Source: Halocafeteria seosinensis (lineage: Eukaryota). Taken from it: DNA of 33,445 nt. The notes below the pieces were generated by a model. It saw only the letters and a list, made by a program, of their open reading frames with translations, had not been told where the DNA came from and searched no databases. Position 1 is the stretch's first letter. Each line of letters opens with the position of its first letter. The stretch lies in the NCBI GenBank assembly GCA_001687465.1, contig LVLI01000268.1, positions 62,001 to 95,445 of the forward strand. The letters are read 5' to 3'. Made by a program: the position numbers and the translations under genes. Positions 33,000 to 33,445 of the stretch are shown here, piece after piece.

Positions 33000-33445
33000 C
33001 TCATCGAAGGTTGTACAGTGGTTGTACAGTCGCTTTGTAGCAGTCCAATCGGAGGAGAATTGTGCCTTTAGTATACTGACTTCCAAAGTCCGCGGCGCTT
33101 TGTTGTACAAGTTGTAGTGTCGAATAATTGACCGTCCAGGTGTGAGGCATACCCGGTAGAAGTGTGCTGATGCAGGGATGTGCAAAGAGACTAAGAATGC
33201 ATTTTCGTTTGCAATGAGTATAGAAGTCAAGTTAGCCACACTTTACGAATCCAAAAATTTAGAACATCTGTGTAACCTAGAGATTGCGAAGCTGGTAGTA
33301 CAACTTGCACTGGTAGGGTGGCCGCAGTCTGGCCCCTTCGCTCCAATCGTGACACGTGGAGAGTCTGGCAGGTCGATCGACTCTGTGGTTGCAGAAACGA
33401 AGTCAGTGAAGTTGTACAAGAATGAATCCACAAGGACGTATGGGG
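33000..33445 (-). pseudogene. Possible 3' part of an upstream gene or pseudogene, truncated by the window edge
   Basis: ORFs 33243..33431 and 32907..33239 are in the same frame, separated by a single TAA. The text PRVTIGAKG...FAISRLHRCSKFLDS*SVANL is loosely like the end of a LamG-type domain. Confidence 0.25.

Noticed and set aside
28843..33245. Stop-codon reassignment explaining in-frame stops
   Set aside because: Conserved genes in the window end normally in TAA, TAG and TGA with no internal stops, so pseudogenisation is the simpler explanation.

Overview
This is a compact, gene-dense stretch of eukaryotic nuclear DNA, about 45-50% GC by eye. It looks like a protist, and the PDE6D gene suggests a flagellated one; a stramenopile-like identity is an inference only. 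I rebuilt 12 protein-coding genes by hand using GT-AG splicing. 25 of the 26 inferred coding introns are 62-80 nt. In order the genes are: an acidic bromodomain protein (-), gamma-COP (+), DDX41/abstrakt helicase (+), TMEM222 (-), a bromodomain+PHD chromatin reader (-), a coiled-coil+HMG-box protein resembling Nhp10/INO80E (+), PDE6D (-), a GIGYF-like GYF protein (-), eIF3f with an RGG tail (-), an MRH-like type I membrane protein (-), a Yme2/RNA12-like P-loop protein with no RRM (-), and a 1023-aa GLUG-like repeat surface protein with a 96-bp tandem repeat (-). That last gene is flanked by decayed, frameshifted coding remnants. I found no supportable tRNA, rRNA, CRISPR array or intact mobile element, and no clear multi-gene novel system. 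The best leads are single genes with unusual domain architecture and the surface-protein/pseudogene block at the right end. Family assignments come from motif recognition, not database searches.
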